NCBI RefSeq assembly: GCF_055900595.2
Contig: NZ_CM148325.1
Length of the DNA stretch: 64,000 nucleotides
Reading direction: 5' to 3' (one strand)
The first letter of the stretch is position 1, and every line of letters begins with the position of its first letter. The translations under genes and the position numbers were made by a program. This document shows, piece by piece, positions 36,131-51,134 of this stretch. Under the pieces are notes generated by a model. The model ran no database searches. It had not been told where the DNA came from and saw nothing but the letters and a program-made list of their open reading frames with translations.

Positions 36131-36161
36131 GCCGGATAAGGCGTTAACCGCCTGTCCGGCA
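36131..36161. repeat. REP (repetitive extragenic palindrome) element
   Basis: gccggataaggcgttaaccgcctgtccggc resembles the E. coli REP consensus; lies after mlaB. Confidence 0.5.
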
Positions 36162-36279
36162 AACCTGCCTGCAAGTTGAGCCTTGTCTGATTTATCAGCG
36201 AGGCTTTTTGCTTATTTATGCCAGCGCAACTTTGCTCTAAGATGTTTCGCTGGTTTATTAACTGATGATTGAAGATCCC

Positions 36280-36534
36280 ATGGAAAATAATGAAATTCAG
36301 AGCGTGTTGATGAACGCTCTCTCCCTCCAGGAAGTCCACGTTTCCGGCGATGGCAGCCACTTTCAGGTTATTGCCGTGGGTGAGTTGTTTGACGGCATGA
36401 GTCGGGTTAAAAAACAGCAGACGGTCTATGGCCCGCTGATGGAATATATTGCGGATAACCGCATTCATGCTGTGTCGATCAAAGCGTATACCCCTGCGGA
36501 GTGGGCGCGCGATCGCAAACTGAACGGCTTTTGA
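36280..36534 (+). CDS. ibaG: BolA-family acid stress protein IbaG
   Basis: ORF 36265..36534 trimmed to [28 protein letters not shown]... (84 aa). Confidence 0.88.
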
Positions 36535-36588
36535 GCTATGGGCGATTCGCCGGTAGCGGATATGAATTGTTAACTGAGAACAAACTAA

Positions 36589-37848
<1,260 letters not shown>

Positions 37849-37895
37849 TCGTCCGAGAGCTGGCAGCCCCGTTCGCGGGGCTACCGCCAGACCAC

Positions 37896-38174
37896 TCATT
37901 TTTTCGGTTTAGTGTAGCTACGCATCAACTGCGTTCTGTCGATAAACTCATGGGTCTGCGGATCATGGTAGCGTGATGGCCAGATAACCCAGGGGTCAGT
38001 TCCCAGGGCTTTCGCAATAATCATCTCTCCTTTCGGCCATGGGCGCGATAATGCGTTCGCCAGCGTTGAGGAACTCAAACCATTTCTACGAGATTCCGCC
38101 GCCATTGACGTTCCTTTCTTGCGTAAACCCGCAATGATGTCAGCGGGATGCCAGTCAATGAAATTACTTTCCAT
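37896..38174 (-). CDS. sfsB: Ner-like DNA-binding protein SfsB/Nlp
   Basis: 92-aa ORF MESNFIDWHPADIIAGLRKKGTSMAAESRRNGLSSSTLANAL...; HTH protein convergent with murA. Confidence 0.88.
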   Translation of the reverse strand: MESNFIDWHPADIIAGLRKKGTSMAAESRRNGLSSSTLANALSRPWPKGEMIIAKALGTDPWVIWPSRYHDPQTHEFIDRTQLMRSYTKPKK

Positions 38175-38402
38175 CTTTCCTCACTCCTTAAGTTAGTCGC
38201 TTTCATTCAGAACACTTCTTCTGTCGAGCATCACTATACTCCTGATGGCCTATTGCTCTAAAAAGTTCCTGTAAAGAGTGTGAATATTCAGAATATATAA
38301 AGATACATACACTGGTTTTTCAGGCGTTATCACGCTGAATAAGTGTTTTTATGGAACTTATTGGAATCATCCCGCGCACTGCGCGGGATGAGGGGGAGGG
38401 GA

Positions 38403-39374
38403 TTAACGATCGCGTTGAACAGCGATGTGCGCGAGGCCGATGAGTGCTTCTCGCCACGGGGTGTCCGGGAGCACCTGTAACGCTGCGATGGCTTTGTCTG
38501 CTTCTTCCTCGGCACGCTGACGCGTCCATTCAAGAGAGCCACAAGCGTTCATTGCTTCCAGAACCGGTTCCAGAAGATGACGACCGTTACCCTGTTCGAT
38601 GGCGGTACGAATCATCTGTGCCTGTTCTGGTGTGCCATGATGCATTGCATGCAGCAGCGGCAGCGTCGGTTTACCTTCGTTCAGATCGTCGCCGACGTTT
38701 TTACCTAACTGTTCGCCATCGGCATTGTAATCGAGTAAATCGTCGATCAACTGGAAAGCGGTGCCGAGATAACGCCCATAATCCTGCAGGCCTTTCTCCT
38801 CCTCCGGCGTACAGCCAGCCAGAATCCCGGAACACTGCGCGGCAGCCTCAAACAGACGCGCGGTCTTGCTGTAGATAACGCGCATGTAGTTTTCTTCGGT
38901 GATGTCCGGGTCGTTAACGTTCATCAGTTGCAGAACTTCACCTTCTGCGATGACGTTTACGGCTTCAGACATCACTTCCAGCACTTTGAGCGAACCGAGG
39001 CTGGTCATCATCTGGAACGCGCGGGTATAAATAAAATCGCCTACCAGCACGCTGGCGGCATTGCCAAATGCGGCGTTGGCGGTAGCTTTACCCCTGCGCA
39101 TATCTGATTCATCCACAACGTCGTCGTGCAGCAGAGTCGCCGTGTGGATAAACTCGATCAGGGCAGCAATGGTGACATGCGCATTTCCCTCATAGCCAAC
39201 AGCTCGTGCAGCCAGTACAGCAATCATCGGACGAATACGTTTACCGCCGCCGCTGACGATGTAATAGCCTAACTGATTGATCAGTTGGACGTCTGAATTA
39301 AGCTGCTCAAGGATTGCCGCATTAACACCCGCCATATCTTGCGCGGTTAACTCATTGATTTTTTCTAAATTCAT
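38403..39374 (-). CDS. ispB: octaprenyl diphosphate synthase
   Basis: 323-aa ORF with polyprenyl synthase aspartate-rich motifs (LLHDDVVDESDMRRG; FQLIDDLLDY). Confidence 0.93.
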   Translation of the reverse strand: MNLEKINELTAQDMAGVNAAILEQLNSDVQLINQLGYYIVSGGGKRIRPMIAVLAARAVGYEGNAHVTIAALIEFIHTATLLHDDVVDESDMRRGKATANAAFGNAASVLVGDFIYTRAFQMMTSLGSLKVLEVMSEAVNVIAEGEVLQLMNVNDPDITEENYMRVIYSKTARLFEAAAQCSGILAGCTPEEEKGLQDYGRYLGTAFQLIDDLLDYNADGEQLGKNVGDDLNEGKPTLPLLHAMHHGTPEQAQMIRTAIEQGNGRHLLEPVLEAMNACGSLEWTRQRAEEEADKAIAALQVLPDTPWREALIGLAHIAVQRDR

Positions 39375-39596
39375 CGCAAAAGCCGGGCTTTTCGCCCCGA
39401 TTACCTTACTGTGAACAAAGGCAACTTAGGGTTTATGGTTAGGAATATAGGGTGATTGTACTGAAAAAATGGCACAGATAAACGTTACCGTACAAGTTGT
39501 GTTTTTTTTCTTCGTGTATTGACTGTAGCACTTGTCAAAGGCGTGCGTTTTGCGTAATATTCGCGCCCTATTGTGAATATTTATAGCGCACTCTGA

Positions 39597-40222
<626 letters not shown>

Positions 40223-40235
40223 GTTTTTCGCGTCC

Positions 40236-40266
40236 CGGTAACGGATGAAAGCCCCGCAACACGTTG
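40236..40266 (+). terminator. Rho-independent terminator after rpmA
   Basis: gaaagccccgcaacacgttgcggggcttttt hairpin plus T-run. Confidence 0.7.
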
Positions 40267-40348
40267 CGGGGCTTTTTACATTCGATAACCGGTAAAAATT
40301 CGCATCGTGCGGCGTTAACTCGCAAATGCGTTTTGTAGGGAATACGGT

Positions 40349-41314
40349 ATGAAGCAGCAGGCAGGCATTGGCATTCTTTTGGCGCTCACCACAGCAATTT
40401 GCTGGGGGGCGTTGCCAATTGCAATGAAGCAGGTGCTGGAGGTGATGGAACCTCCGACAATCGTGTTTTACCGTTTCTTGATGGCGAGTATTGGCCTTGG
40501 TGCCATTCTTGCGGTGAAGAAGAGGTTGCCGCCATTACGCGTGTTTCGTAAGCCACGCTGGTTGATTTTGTTAGCAGTGGCGACCGCCGGGCTGTTTGGG
40601 AACTTCATCCTGTTCAGCTCATCTTTGCAATACCTGAGTCCGACCGCTTCGCAGGTGATTGGGCAACTCTCGCCAGTTGGCATGATGGTTGCCAGCGTAT
40701 TTATCCTGAAAGAGAAAATGCGCAGCACTCAGGTTGTAGGGGCATTGATGCTCCTGAGCGGCCTGGTGATGTTTTTTAACACCAGTCTGGTCGAGATATT
40801 TACAAAGCTCACCGATTACACCTGGGGAGTTATTTTTGGGGTCGGTGCGGCGACGGTTTGGGTGAGTTATGGCGTGGCGCAAAAGGTTTTATTACGTCGG
40901 CTGGCCTCACCGCAGATCCTGTTTTTATTGTACACTTTATGTACAATTGCGCTCTTCCCTCTGGCAAATCCTGGAGTGATAGCGCAGCTTAGCCACTGGC
41001 AGCTCGCATGTTTAATTTTTTGCGGACTGAATACATTGGTAGGATATGGCGCCCTGGCGGAAGCGATGGCTCGCTGGCAGGCAGCGCAGGTGAGCGCGAT
41101 CATCACGCTCACCCCACTGTTTACGCTGTTTTTTTCAGATCTTTTATCACTGGCCTGGCCCGATTTCTTCGCCAGACCGATGTTAAACCTTTTAGGTTAT
41201 CTCGGTGCGTTTGTCGTGGTTGCGGGCGCGATGTATTCCGCCATTGGTCATCGTATTTGGGGCGGTTTACGTAAGCATACAACGGTGGTATCGCAACCCC
41301 GCGCAGGCGAATGA
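40349..41314 (+). CDS. yhbE: EamA/DMT-family inner membrane transporter YhbE
   Basis: 321-aa polytopic membrane ORF at the expected position between rpmA and obgE. Confidence 0.85.
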   Translation: MKQQAGIGILLALTTAICWGALPIAMKQVLEVMEPPTIVFYRFLMASIGLGAILAVKKRLPPLRVFRKPRWLILLAVATAGLFGNFILFSSSLQYLSPTASQVIGQLSPVGMMVASVFILKEKMRSTQVVGALMLLSGLVMFFNTSLVEIFTKLTDYTWGVIFGVGAATVWVSYGVAQKVLLRRLASPQILFLLYTLCTIALFPLANPGVIAQLSHWQLACLIFCGLNTLVGYGALAEAMARWQAAQVSAIITLTPLFTLFFSDLLSLAWPDFFARPMLNLLGYLGAFVVVAGAMYSAIGHRIWGGLRKHTTVVSQPRAGE

Positions 41315-42502
<1,188 letters not shown>

Positions 42503-42542
42503 TCAGCTAAACCCCGGCCATGTGCCGGGGTTTCTCTTTAGA

Positions 42543-43976
42543 CTAATTATTCTGATAAATATCTTTATACAAACGGCTTTCAAAACGCACTAACGGAATG
42601 CGGCGATTACGCTGATCCGCGGGTTCTACCGCATAGCCAGAAAGATATTGTACAAACGCCATTCGTTGCCCGCTCGCTGTGGTAATGAATCCCGCCAGGT
42701 TATATACCCCCTGCAAAGAGCCGGTTTTTGCTGAGACCTTTCCGTCCACGCCAGCCTGATGCAGGCCCGCACGGTACTGCAAAGAGCCGTCATAGCCTGC
42801 CAGCGGCAGCATAGAGATAAAGTTAAGTTCATTGTCATGTTGGGCAATGTATTGCAGCACCTGCATCATGGTGGCAGGTGCAATCAGGTTATGCCGCGAA
42901 AGCCCTGAACCATCGGCAATAATCGTGTTACCAATATCGATACCAGCTTGCTGACGCAGGATCTGACGTACGGCATCCGATCCGGCCCGCCATGTTCCGG
43001 GCACATTGAAGCGCGCATGGCCTATCATGCGGAAAACCGTATCGGCAATCATGTTGTCTGACTTTTTCAGCATAATCTTAAGCAGATCGTGCAGCGGGGC
43101 CGACTGTTTACTGGCAACTACCGTTCCGGGTTCATTAACCTGAGTCTGGCGCAGTAGTGTTCCGCTCCAGGTGATACCTGCCTGTTTTAACTCATCTTTC
43201 AGAATTGCACCGGCATAGCTGGCTCCATCCTGTATGGCAAAAGCCAACGGGAGCGGCTCAGAACGTTGTGGCAGGCATCCGGTCAGCGTAAAGCGGTTCA
43301 GGTCGCCTGGCACCACATCCAGCTCGCAATATTGCGCTTCGGCAGAACCACGGGGGAGGGTGCGTACCTGGCTGAACATCGTAACAGGGTAATAAGATGC
43401 CACGCGTATAAAGGCCATATCACCGGGTTTTTGGGCACTGTAGAGCGAGACGGAGAAACAGTTGCGGTCAACTATGGCGGCGGCAGGCGGAGCGCTAAAG
43501 CATTGTGTCATGTCATTCCACGGCCAGCCGGGGGCTTTATCGTGGCTGGCAAAAATGGAGGTGTCTATCAACACATTACCATCAATTTGGTTGACGCCAG
43601 ATTTTTTCAAAGTCGTGACCATATTGCGAATATCCTGACGTTTTAACGTCGGATCGGCACCAAATCGCGCCACTAAGTCACCCTTGAGTACGCCGTTTTC
43701 CACATTGCCTTTGGTTTCAAGCGTAGTAGTAAAACGAAAATCGGGGCCGAGTTGAATCAACGCCGCCAGCGCAGTAATCACTTTCTGCGTACTGGCGGGC
43801 AGCGCCATCTGCTGACTGTGGTAATCAATAGCGGGGGCCGATGCGCCGACTTTTTGCACCATCAGGGCAAGGTTGGCACCAGCGGGGAGTTGAGTAATGT
43901 ACTCATCAACATTCGCGGCCTGAACACTGAACGCTATACAGCTGGTCAATCCGATGATAAATCTGGAAAATCGCAT
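42543..43976 (-). CDS. dacB: D-alanyl-D-alanine carboxypeptidase/endopeptidase PBP4
   Basis: 477-aa ORF with signal peptide and SxxK motif (PASTQKVITALAAL). Confidence 0.93.
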   Translation of the reverse strand: MRFSRFIIGLTSCIAFSVQAANVDEYITQLPAGANLALMVQKVGASAPAIDYHSQQMALPASTQKVITALAALIQLGPDFRFTTTLETKGNVENGVLKGDLVARFGADPTLKRQDIRNMVTTLKKSGVNQIDGNVLIDTSIFASHDKAPGWPWNDMTQCFSAPPAAAIVDRNCFSVSLYSAQKPGDMAFIRVASYYPVTMFSQVRTLPRGSAEAQYCELDVVPGDLNRFTLTGCLPQRSEPLPLAFAIQDGASYAGAILKDELKQAGITWSGTLLRQTQVNEPGTVVASKQSAPLHDLLKIMLKKSDNMIADTVFRMIGHARFNVPGTWRAGSDAVRQILRQQAGIDIGNTIIADGSGLSRHNLIAPATMMQVLQYIAQHDNELNFISMLPLAGYDGSLQYRAGLHQAGVDGKVSAKTGSLQGVYNLAGFITTASGQRMAFVQYLSGYAVEPADQRNRRIPLVRFESRLYKDIYQNN

Positions 43977-44223
43977 AATCTCGCGCTAACAACCTGGAAT
44001 CGAGCCGTCATACTACGGCGCAACGCCCTATAAAGTAAACGATGACCCTGCGGGAACTTCAGGGTAAAATGACTATCAAAATGTGAATTGCAGCTGACCT
44101 GGGACTTGTACCCGGGTCGGTATTTTTTTGCTTCTGGTCCCGGTGAGGAGTTATGCCGGGCAGGCCGAACAGCCGGGGTGGGTGAAGACTTGCCCCATCA
44201 GGAATATTCAAGAGGTATAACAA

Positions 44224-44700
<477 letters not shown>

Positions 44701-44855
44701 GAATTACCCAATACTCAAGATGTTGATGTATTGTAAAGAAAGGAAAAAGGCCGCTATGCGGCCTTTTATCAACGAACAGAGCGTGGCATTTTGCTCTCCT
44801 GCCTGCGGAAAACCCCTCGTTTTACACAGCAAATGTGTGTAACTTTAGGATAATC

Positions 44856-45149
44856 TTAGCGTGGCAACGAGATTTTACGTTCTTTAGTTGGGCGATAAAG
44901 CACCAGCGTTTTACCGATGACCTGTACATTACAGGCGCCGGTTTCGCGCACGATAGCTTCCACGATCAAGGTTTTAGTTTCGCGATCTTCGGTGGCGATT
45001 TTCACCTTGATGAGTTCATGGTGCTCTAACGCTTGTTCAATCTCGGCCAGCACCCCTTCGGTCAAACCATTACTGCCAAGCAGAACAACTGGCTTGAGCG
45101 GATGTGCCAGACCTTTCAGGTGCTGTTTTTGTTTAGTACTCAGATTCAT
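44856..45149 (-). CDS. yhbY: ribosome assembly RNA-binding protein YhbY (CRS1/YhbY domain)
   Basis: 97-aa ORF MNLSTKQKQHLKGLAHPLKPVVLLGSNGLTEGVLAEIEQALEHHELIKVK... Confidence 0.92.
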   Translation of the reverse strand: MNLSTKQKQHLKGLAHPLKPVVLLGSNGLTEGVLAEIEQALEHHELIKVKIATEDRETKTLIVEAIVRETGACNVQVIGKTLVLYRPTKERKISLPR

Positions 45150-45274
45150 CGTATTTTTTGCTTACGTTGGGATTGAAAACGGGTCATTCTACCGCCATCT
45201 CCCATATATCACCAAATAGGCGCGTAAAAATTTACGCAATTGGTTACGATGAGTTATCCCCATGGGAAAGTTAA

Positions 45275-45904
45275 ATGACAGGTAAGAAGCGTTCTGCCAG
45301 CTCCAGCCGCTGGCTTCAGGAACACTTTAGCGATAAATATGTTCAACAGGCACAGAAAAAGGGGTTACGTTCCCGTGCCTGGTTTAAACTTGATGAAATA
45401 CAGCAAAGTGACAAACTCTTTAAACCGGGAATGACGGTTGTCGACCTTGGTGCTGCTCCGGGTGGTTGGTCACAATATGTGGTCACCCAAATTGGCGGCA
45501 AAGGCCGCATCATCGCTTGCGATCTTTTACCTATGGATCCTATCGTTGGTGTGGACTTTCTTCAGGGCGATTTTCGTGATGAACTGGTGATGAAAGCACT
45601 GCTGGAGCGCGTTGGCGACAGCAAAGTCCAGGTTGTCATGTCCGATATGGCACCAAACATGAGCGGAACACCGGCGGTGGATATCCCCCGTGCCATGTAT
45701 CTGGTGGAACTGGCGTTAGAAATGTGTCGTGATGTATTAGCGCCAGGTGGCAGTTTTGTAGTGAAGGTGTTCCAGGGCGAAGGTTTCGATGAGTATCTAA
45801 GGGAAATTCGCTCCCTGTTTACGAAGGTCAAAGTTCGTAAGCCGGACTCTTCTCGTGCACGTTCGCGGGAAGTGTATATTGTAGCGACCGGGCGTAAACC
45901 CTAA
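45275..45904 (+). CDS. rlmE: 23S rRNA (uridine2552-2'-O)-methyltransferase RlmE/FtsJ
   Basis: 209-aa ORF with SAM-binding motif [13 protein letters not shown]. Confidence 0.95.
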
Positions 45905-46003
45905 CCGGGAGATTTCAGACGAAAGTTTGAAAGATGCTGGATATAGAGTATCCTGACGCTGTTTTTAACACAGTTGTAATAAGAGGTTAATCCCTTGAGT
46001 GAC

Positions 46004-47938
46004 ATGGCGAAAAACCTAATACTCTGGCTGGTCATTGCCGTTGTGCTGATGTCAGTATTCCAGAGCTTTGGGCCCAGCGAGTCTAATGGCCGTAAGGTGG
46101 ATTACTCTACCTTCCTACAAGAGGTCAATAACGACCAGGTTCGTGAAGCGCGTATCAACGGACGTGAAATCAACGTTACCAAGAAAGATAGTAACCGTTA
46201 TACCACTTACATTCCGGTTCAGGATCCGAAATTACTGGATAACCTGTTGACCAAGAACGTCAAGGTTGTCGGTGAACCGCCTGAAGAACCAAGCCTGCTG
46301 GCTTCTATCTTCATCTCCTGGTTCCCGATGCTGTTGCTGATTGGTGTCTGGATCTTCTTCATGCGTCAAATGCAGGGCGGCGGTGGCAAAGGTGCCATGT
46401 CGTTCGGTAAGAGCAAAGCGCGCATGCTGACGGAAGATCAGATCAAAACGACCTTTGCTGACGTTGCGGGCTGCGACGAAGCAAAAGAAGAAGTTGCTGA
46501 ACTGGTTGAGTATCTGCGCGAGCCGAGCCGCTTCCAGAAACTCGGCGGTAAGATCCCGAAAGGCGTCCTGATGGTCGGTCCTCCGGGTACCGGTAAAACG
46601 CTGCTGGCGAAAGCGATTGCAGGCGAAGCGAAAGTTCCGTTCTTTACTATCTCCGGTTCTGACTTCGTAGAAATGTTCGTCGGTGTGGGTGCATCCCGTG
46701 TTCGTGACATGTTCGAACAGGCGAAGAAAGCGGCTCCGTGCATCATCTTTATCGATGAAATCGACGCCGTAGGCCGCCAGCGTGGCGCAGGTCTGGGCGG
46801 TGGTCACGATGAACGTGAACAGACTCTGAACCAGATGCTGGTTGAGATGGATGGCTTCGAAGGTAACGAAGGTATCATCGTTATCGCTGCGACTAACCGT
46901 CCGGACGTTCTCGACCCGGCGCTGCTGCGTCCTGGCCGTTTCGACCGTCAGGTTGTGGTTGGCTTGCCAGATGTTCGCGGTCGTGAGCAGATTCTGAAAG
47001 TTCACATGCGTCGCGTACCATTGGCACCCGATATCGACGCGGCAATCATTGCCCGTGGTACTCCAGGTTTCTCCGGTGCTGACCTGGCGAACCTGGTGAA
47101 CGAAGCGGCACTGTTCGCTGCTCGTGGCAACAAACGTGTTGTGTCGATGGTTGAGTTCGAGAAAGCGAAAGACAAAATCATGATGGGTGCGGAACGTCGC
47201 TCCATGGTGATGACGGAAGCGCAGAAAGAATCGACTGCTTACCACGAAGCAGGTCACGCGATTATCGGTCGCCTGGTGCCGGAACACGATCCGGTGCACA
47301 AAGTAACGATTATCCCGCGCGGTCGTGCGCTGGGTGTGACCTTCTTCTTGCCTGAGGGCGACGCAATCAGCGCCAGCCGTCAGAAACTGGAAAGCCAGAT
47401 TTCTACGCTGTACGGCGGTCGTCTGGCAGAAGAGATCATCTACGGGCCGGAACATGTTTCTACCGGGGCGTCCAACGATATTAAAGTTGCGACCAACCTG
47501 GCGCGTAACATGGTTACCCAGTGGGGCTTCTCTGAGAAACTCGGTCCGCTGCTGTATGCGGAAGAAGAAGGTGAAGTGTTCCTCGGTCGTAGCGTAGCGA
47601 AAGCGAAACATATGTCCGATGAAACGGCACGTATCATCGACCAGGAAGTGAAAGCACTGATCGAGCGTAACTATAATCGTGCGCGTCAGCTTCTGACCGA
47701 CAATATGGATATTCTGCATGCGATGAAAGATGCTCTCATGAAATATGAGACTATCGACGCACCGCAGATTGATGACCTGATGGCACGTCGCGATGTACGT
47801 CCGCCAGCGGGCTGGGAAGAACCAGGCGCTTCTAACAATTCTGGCGACAATGGTAGTCCAAAGGCTCCGCGTCCGGTTGATGAACCGCGTACGCCGAACC
47901 CGGGTAACACCATGTCAGAGCAGTTAGGCGACAAGTAA
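46004..47938 (+). CDS. ftsH: ATP-dependent zinc metalloprotease FtsH
   Basis: ORF 45995..47938 trimmed to [20 protein letters not shown]... (644 aa); AAA Walker A GPPGTGKT, zinc site HEAGH. Confidence 0.95.
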
Positions 47939-48027
47939 GTTCCCGCATTAGATGACTGTATTTGTACCGAAAACCCCGGGGCGTGCTCCGGGGTTTTTTC
48001 TTATCAATTCATACCAGGGATAACATC

Positions 48028-48876
48028 ATGAAACTCTTTGCCCAGGGCACTTCACTGGACCTTAGCCATCCTCACGTAATGGGGATCCTCAACGTTACGC
48101 CTGATTCCTTTTCGGATGGCGGCACGCATAACTCGCTGATAGATGCGGTGAAACATGCGAATCTGATGATTAACGCTGGTGCGACGATCATTGACGTTGG
48201 TGGCGAGTCCACGCGCCCAGGGGCGGCGGAAGTTAGCGTTGAAGAAGAGTTGCAACGTGTTATTCCTGTGGTTGAGGCAATTGCTCAACGCTTCGAAGTC
48301 TGGATCTCGGTAGATACTTCCAAACCAGAAGTCATCCGTGAGTCAGCGAAAGTTGGTGCTCACATTATTAACGATATTCGCTCTCTTTCCGAACCTGGCG
48401 CTCTGGAAGCTGCTGCAGAAACCGGTTTGCCAGTTTGCCTGATGCATATGCAGGGAAATCCAAAAACCATGCAGGAAGCCCCGAAGTATGATGATGTCTT
48501 TGCGGAAGTGAATCGCTACTTTATTGAGCAGATAGCTCGTTGTGAGCAGGCGGGTATCGCAAAAGAGAAATTGTTGCTCGACCCCGGATTCGGTTTCGGT
48601 AAAAATCTCTCCCATAACTATTCATTACTGGCGCGCCTGGCTGAATTTCACCATTTCAACCTGCCGCTGTTGGTGGGTATGTCACGAAAATCGATGATTG
48701 GGCAATTGCTGAACGTGGGGCCGTCCGAGCGCCTGAGCGGTAGTTTGGCCTGTGCGGTCATTGCCGCAATGCAAGGTGCGCACATCATTCGTGTTCATGA
48801 CGTCAAAGAAACCGTAGAAGCGATGCGGGTGGTGGAAGCCACTCTGTCTGCAAAGGAAAACAAACGCTATGAGTAA
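48028..48876 (+). CDS. folP: dihydropteroate synthase
   Basis: ORF 47962..48876 trimmed to [32 protein letters not shown]... (282 aa). Confidence 0.93.
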
Positions 48877-50206
48877 TCGTAAATATTTCGGTACCGATGG
48901 GATTCGTGGTCGTGTAGGGGATGCGCCGATCACCCCTGATTTTGTACTTAAGTTGGGTTGGGCCGCCGGTAAAGTGCTGGCGCGCCACGGCTCGCGTAAG
49001 ATCATTATTGGTAAAGACACGCGTATTTCTGGCTATATGCTGGAGTCAGCACTGGAAGCGGGTCTGGCGGCTGCGGGCCTTTCCGCACTCTTTACAGGCC
49101 CGATGCCTACACCTGCCGTGGCTTATCTGACGCGTACCTTCCGCGCAGAGGCCGGGATTGTAATTTCTGCATCGCATAACCCATTCTACGATAACGGCAT
49201 TAAATTCTTTTCTATTGACGGTACTAAGCTGCCGGATGCAGTTGAAGAAGCCATCGAAGCGGAAATGGAAAAAGAGATCAGCTGTGTTGATTCGGCAGAA
49301 CTGGGTAAAGCCAGCCGTATCGTTGATGCTGCGGGTCGCTATATCGAGTTTTGCAAAGCCACGTTCCCGAACGAACTTAGCCTCAGTGAACTGAAGATTG
49401 TGGTGGATTGCGCAAATGGCGCGACTTATCACATCGCGCCGAACGTACTGCGTGAACTGGGGGCGAACGTTATCGCTATCGGTTGTGAGCCGAACGGCGT
49501 AAACATCAATGCCGAAGTGGGGGCAACTGATGTTCGTGCGTTACAGGCGCGCGTACTGGCTGAAAAAGCAGATCTTGGTATCGCCTTTGACGGTGACGGC
49601 GACCGCGTGATTATGGTTGACCATGAAGGCAATAAAGTCGATGGCGACCAGATTATGTATATCATCGCGCGCGAAGGTCTGCGTCAGGGCCAACTGCGTG
49701 GTGGCGCGGTGGGTACATTGATGAGCAACATGGGGCTGGAACTCGCCCTGAAACAGCTAGGAATTCCGTTTGCTCGTGCGAAAGTGGGCGATCGCTACGT
49801 ACTGGAAAAAATGCAGGAGAAAGGCTGGCGTATCGGTGCAGAGAACTCTGGTCATGTGATCCTGCTGGATAAAACCACAACCGGTGACGGCATCGTTGCT
49901 GGTTTGCAGGTACTGGCGGCGATGGCGCGTAACCATATGAGCCTGCACGACCTTTGCAGTGGTATGAAAATGTTCCCGCAGATTCTGGTTAACGTGCGTT
50001 ACACCGCAGGTAGTGGCGATCCGCTGGAGCATGAATCAGTCAAAGCTGTAACCGCAGAAGTTGAAGCGGCGCTGGGTAGCCGTGGACGTGTGCTGTTGCG
50101 TAAATCCGGCACCGAACCGTTAATTCGCGTGATGGTGGAAGGCGAAGACGAAGCGCAGGTGACTGAATTTGCACACCGCATCGCCGATGCAGTAAAAGCC
50201 GTTTAA
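48869..50206 (+). CDS. glmM: phosphoglucosamine mutase
   Basis: 445-aa [20 protein letters not shown]... with active-site serine region ([15 protein letters not shown]); overlaps folP stop. Confidence 0.95.
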   Translation: MSNRKYFGTDGIRGRVGDAPITPDFVLKLGWAAGKVLARHGSRKIIIGKDTRISGYMLESALEAGLAAAGLSALFTGPMPTPAVAYLTRTFRAEAGIVISASHNPFYDNGIKFFSIDGTKLPDAVEEAIEAEMEKEISCVDSAELGKASRIVDAAGRYIEFCKATFPNELSLSELKIVVDCANGATYHIAPNVLRELGANVIAIGCEPNGVNINAEVGATDVRALQARVLAEKADLGIAFDGDGDRVIMVDHEGNKVDGDQIMYIIAREGLRQGQLRGGAVGTLMSNMGLELALKQLGIPFARAKVGDRYVLEKMQEKGWRIGAENSGHVILLDKTTTGDGIVAGLQVLAAMARNHMSLHDLCSGMKMFPQILVNVRYTAGSGDPLEHESVKAVTAEVEAALGSRGRVLLRKSGTEPLIRVMVEGEDEAQVTEFAHRIADAVKAV

Positions 50207-50215
50207 CGCGTTATA

Positions 50216-50248
50216 TAACTGGCTAAAAAGGCGGCGATTGTCGCCTTT
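50216..50248 (+). terminator. Rho-independent terminator after glmM
   Basis: aaaaaggcggcgattgtcgccttttttc hairpin plus T-run. Confidence 0.6.
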
Positions 50249-50433
50249 TTTCTCAGCGAACACATCGGTTTTGCTGTTTTTTTCCGCAGTTGATACAATG
50301 CGATAAAATTGCCCTTGCGAAGGTCATTCGCTTTGGTTAGTATTCACACCCGCTTCAGTGGGAAAGATTAGAAACTCCCGCTTTATTGGTTGAAGCATTG
50401 GTACGCGGCAACTCCGCAAGGAACAGGTTGATT

Positions 50434-50766
50434 ATGTACGAAGCTCTTTTAGTAGTTTTCCTTATTGTGGCAATTGGCCTTGTTGGTCTGATCATGCTGC
50501 AGCAAGGTAAAGGCGCTGATATGGGAGCCTCCTTCGGAGCAGGCGCTTCCGCTACGCTGTTTGGTTCAAGTGGTTCTGGTAACTTCATGACCCGCATGAC
50601 GGCGCTGCTGGCAACGTTATTCTTCATCATCAGTCTGGTGCTGGGTAACATCAATAGCAACAAAACCAATAAAGGTAGCGAATGGGAAAATCTGAGTGCA
50701 CCGGCGAAAACCGAACAAACTCAGCCAGCTGCTCCGGCTAAGCCGACCAGCGATATCCCGAACTAA
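50434..50766 (+). CDS. secG: protein translocase subunit SecG
   Basis: ORF 50386..50766 trimmed to MYEALLVVFLIVAIGLVGLIMLQQGKGADMGASFG... (110 aa). Confidence 0.93.
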   Translation: MYEALLVVFLIVAIGLVGLIMLQQGKGADMGASFGAGASATLFGSSGSGNFMTRMTALLATLFFIISLVLGNINSNKTNKGSEWENLSAPAKTEQTQPAAPAKPTSDIPN

Positions 50767-50780
50767 AAAGTAGTATCCGT

Positions 50781-50867
50781 GCCGAGGTGGTGGAATTGGT
50801 AGACACGCTACCTTGAGGTGGTAGTGCCCAATAGGGCTTACGGGTTCAAGTCCCGTCCTCGGTACCA
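50781..50867 (+). tRNA. leuU: tRNA-Leu (anticodon GAG)
   Basis: 87-nt sequence gccgaggtggtggaattggtagacacgctaccttgaggtggtag...ggttcaagtcccgtcctcggtacca with long variable arm and CCA end; 14 bp after secG; followed by a hairpin/T-run terminator (50880..50905). Confidence 0.9.
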
Positions 50868-51134
50868 AATTCCAGAAAAGAGACGCTGAAAAGCGTCTTT
50901 TTTTGTTTTATATCCCCGCATTTTATTGGCTGGATAACGAGCCCCCTCAACTCCTCTCTCTTTGCCTCCTGACTCCGCATAAATCCTTCAAAATAAGATC
51001 TGAATCACTTTTGTTTGGTAGAGCATATAAGCTAAGTGTAAACATTTTTTCAAAATGATATAGATCAGGACTTCAGTTTTTCTAATGTATAAAATCGCAC
51101 GCCGTCGATATTTACTCTGTTCTTATCTACGGGT

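Noticed and set aside
43977-44223. Possible greA leader sRNA (GraL) upstream of greA
   Set aside because: A T-run after a short hairpin (cccgggtcggtattttttt) is visible, but I cannot define the transcript ends or confirm identity from sequence alone; left as an unannotated leader.
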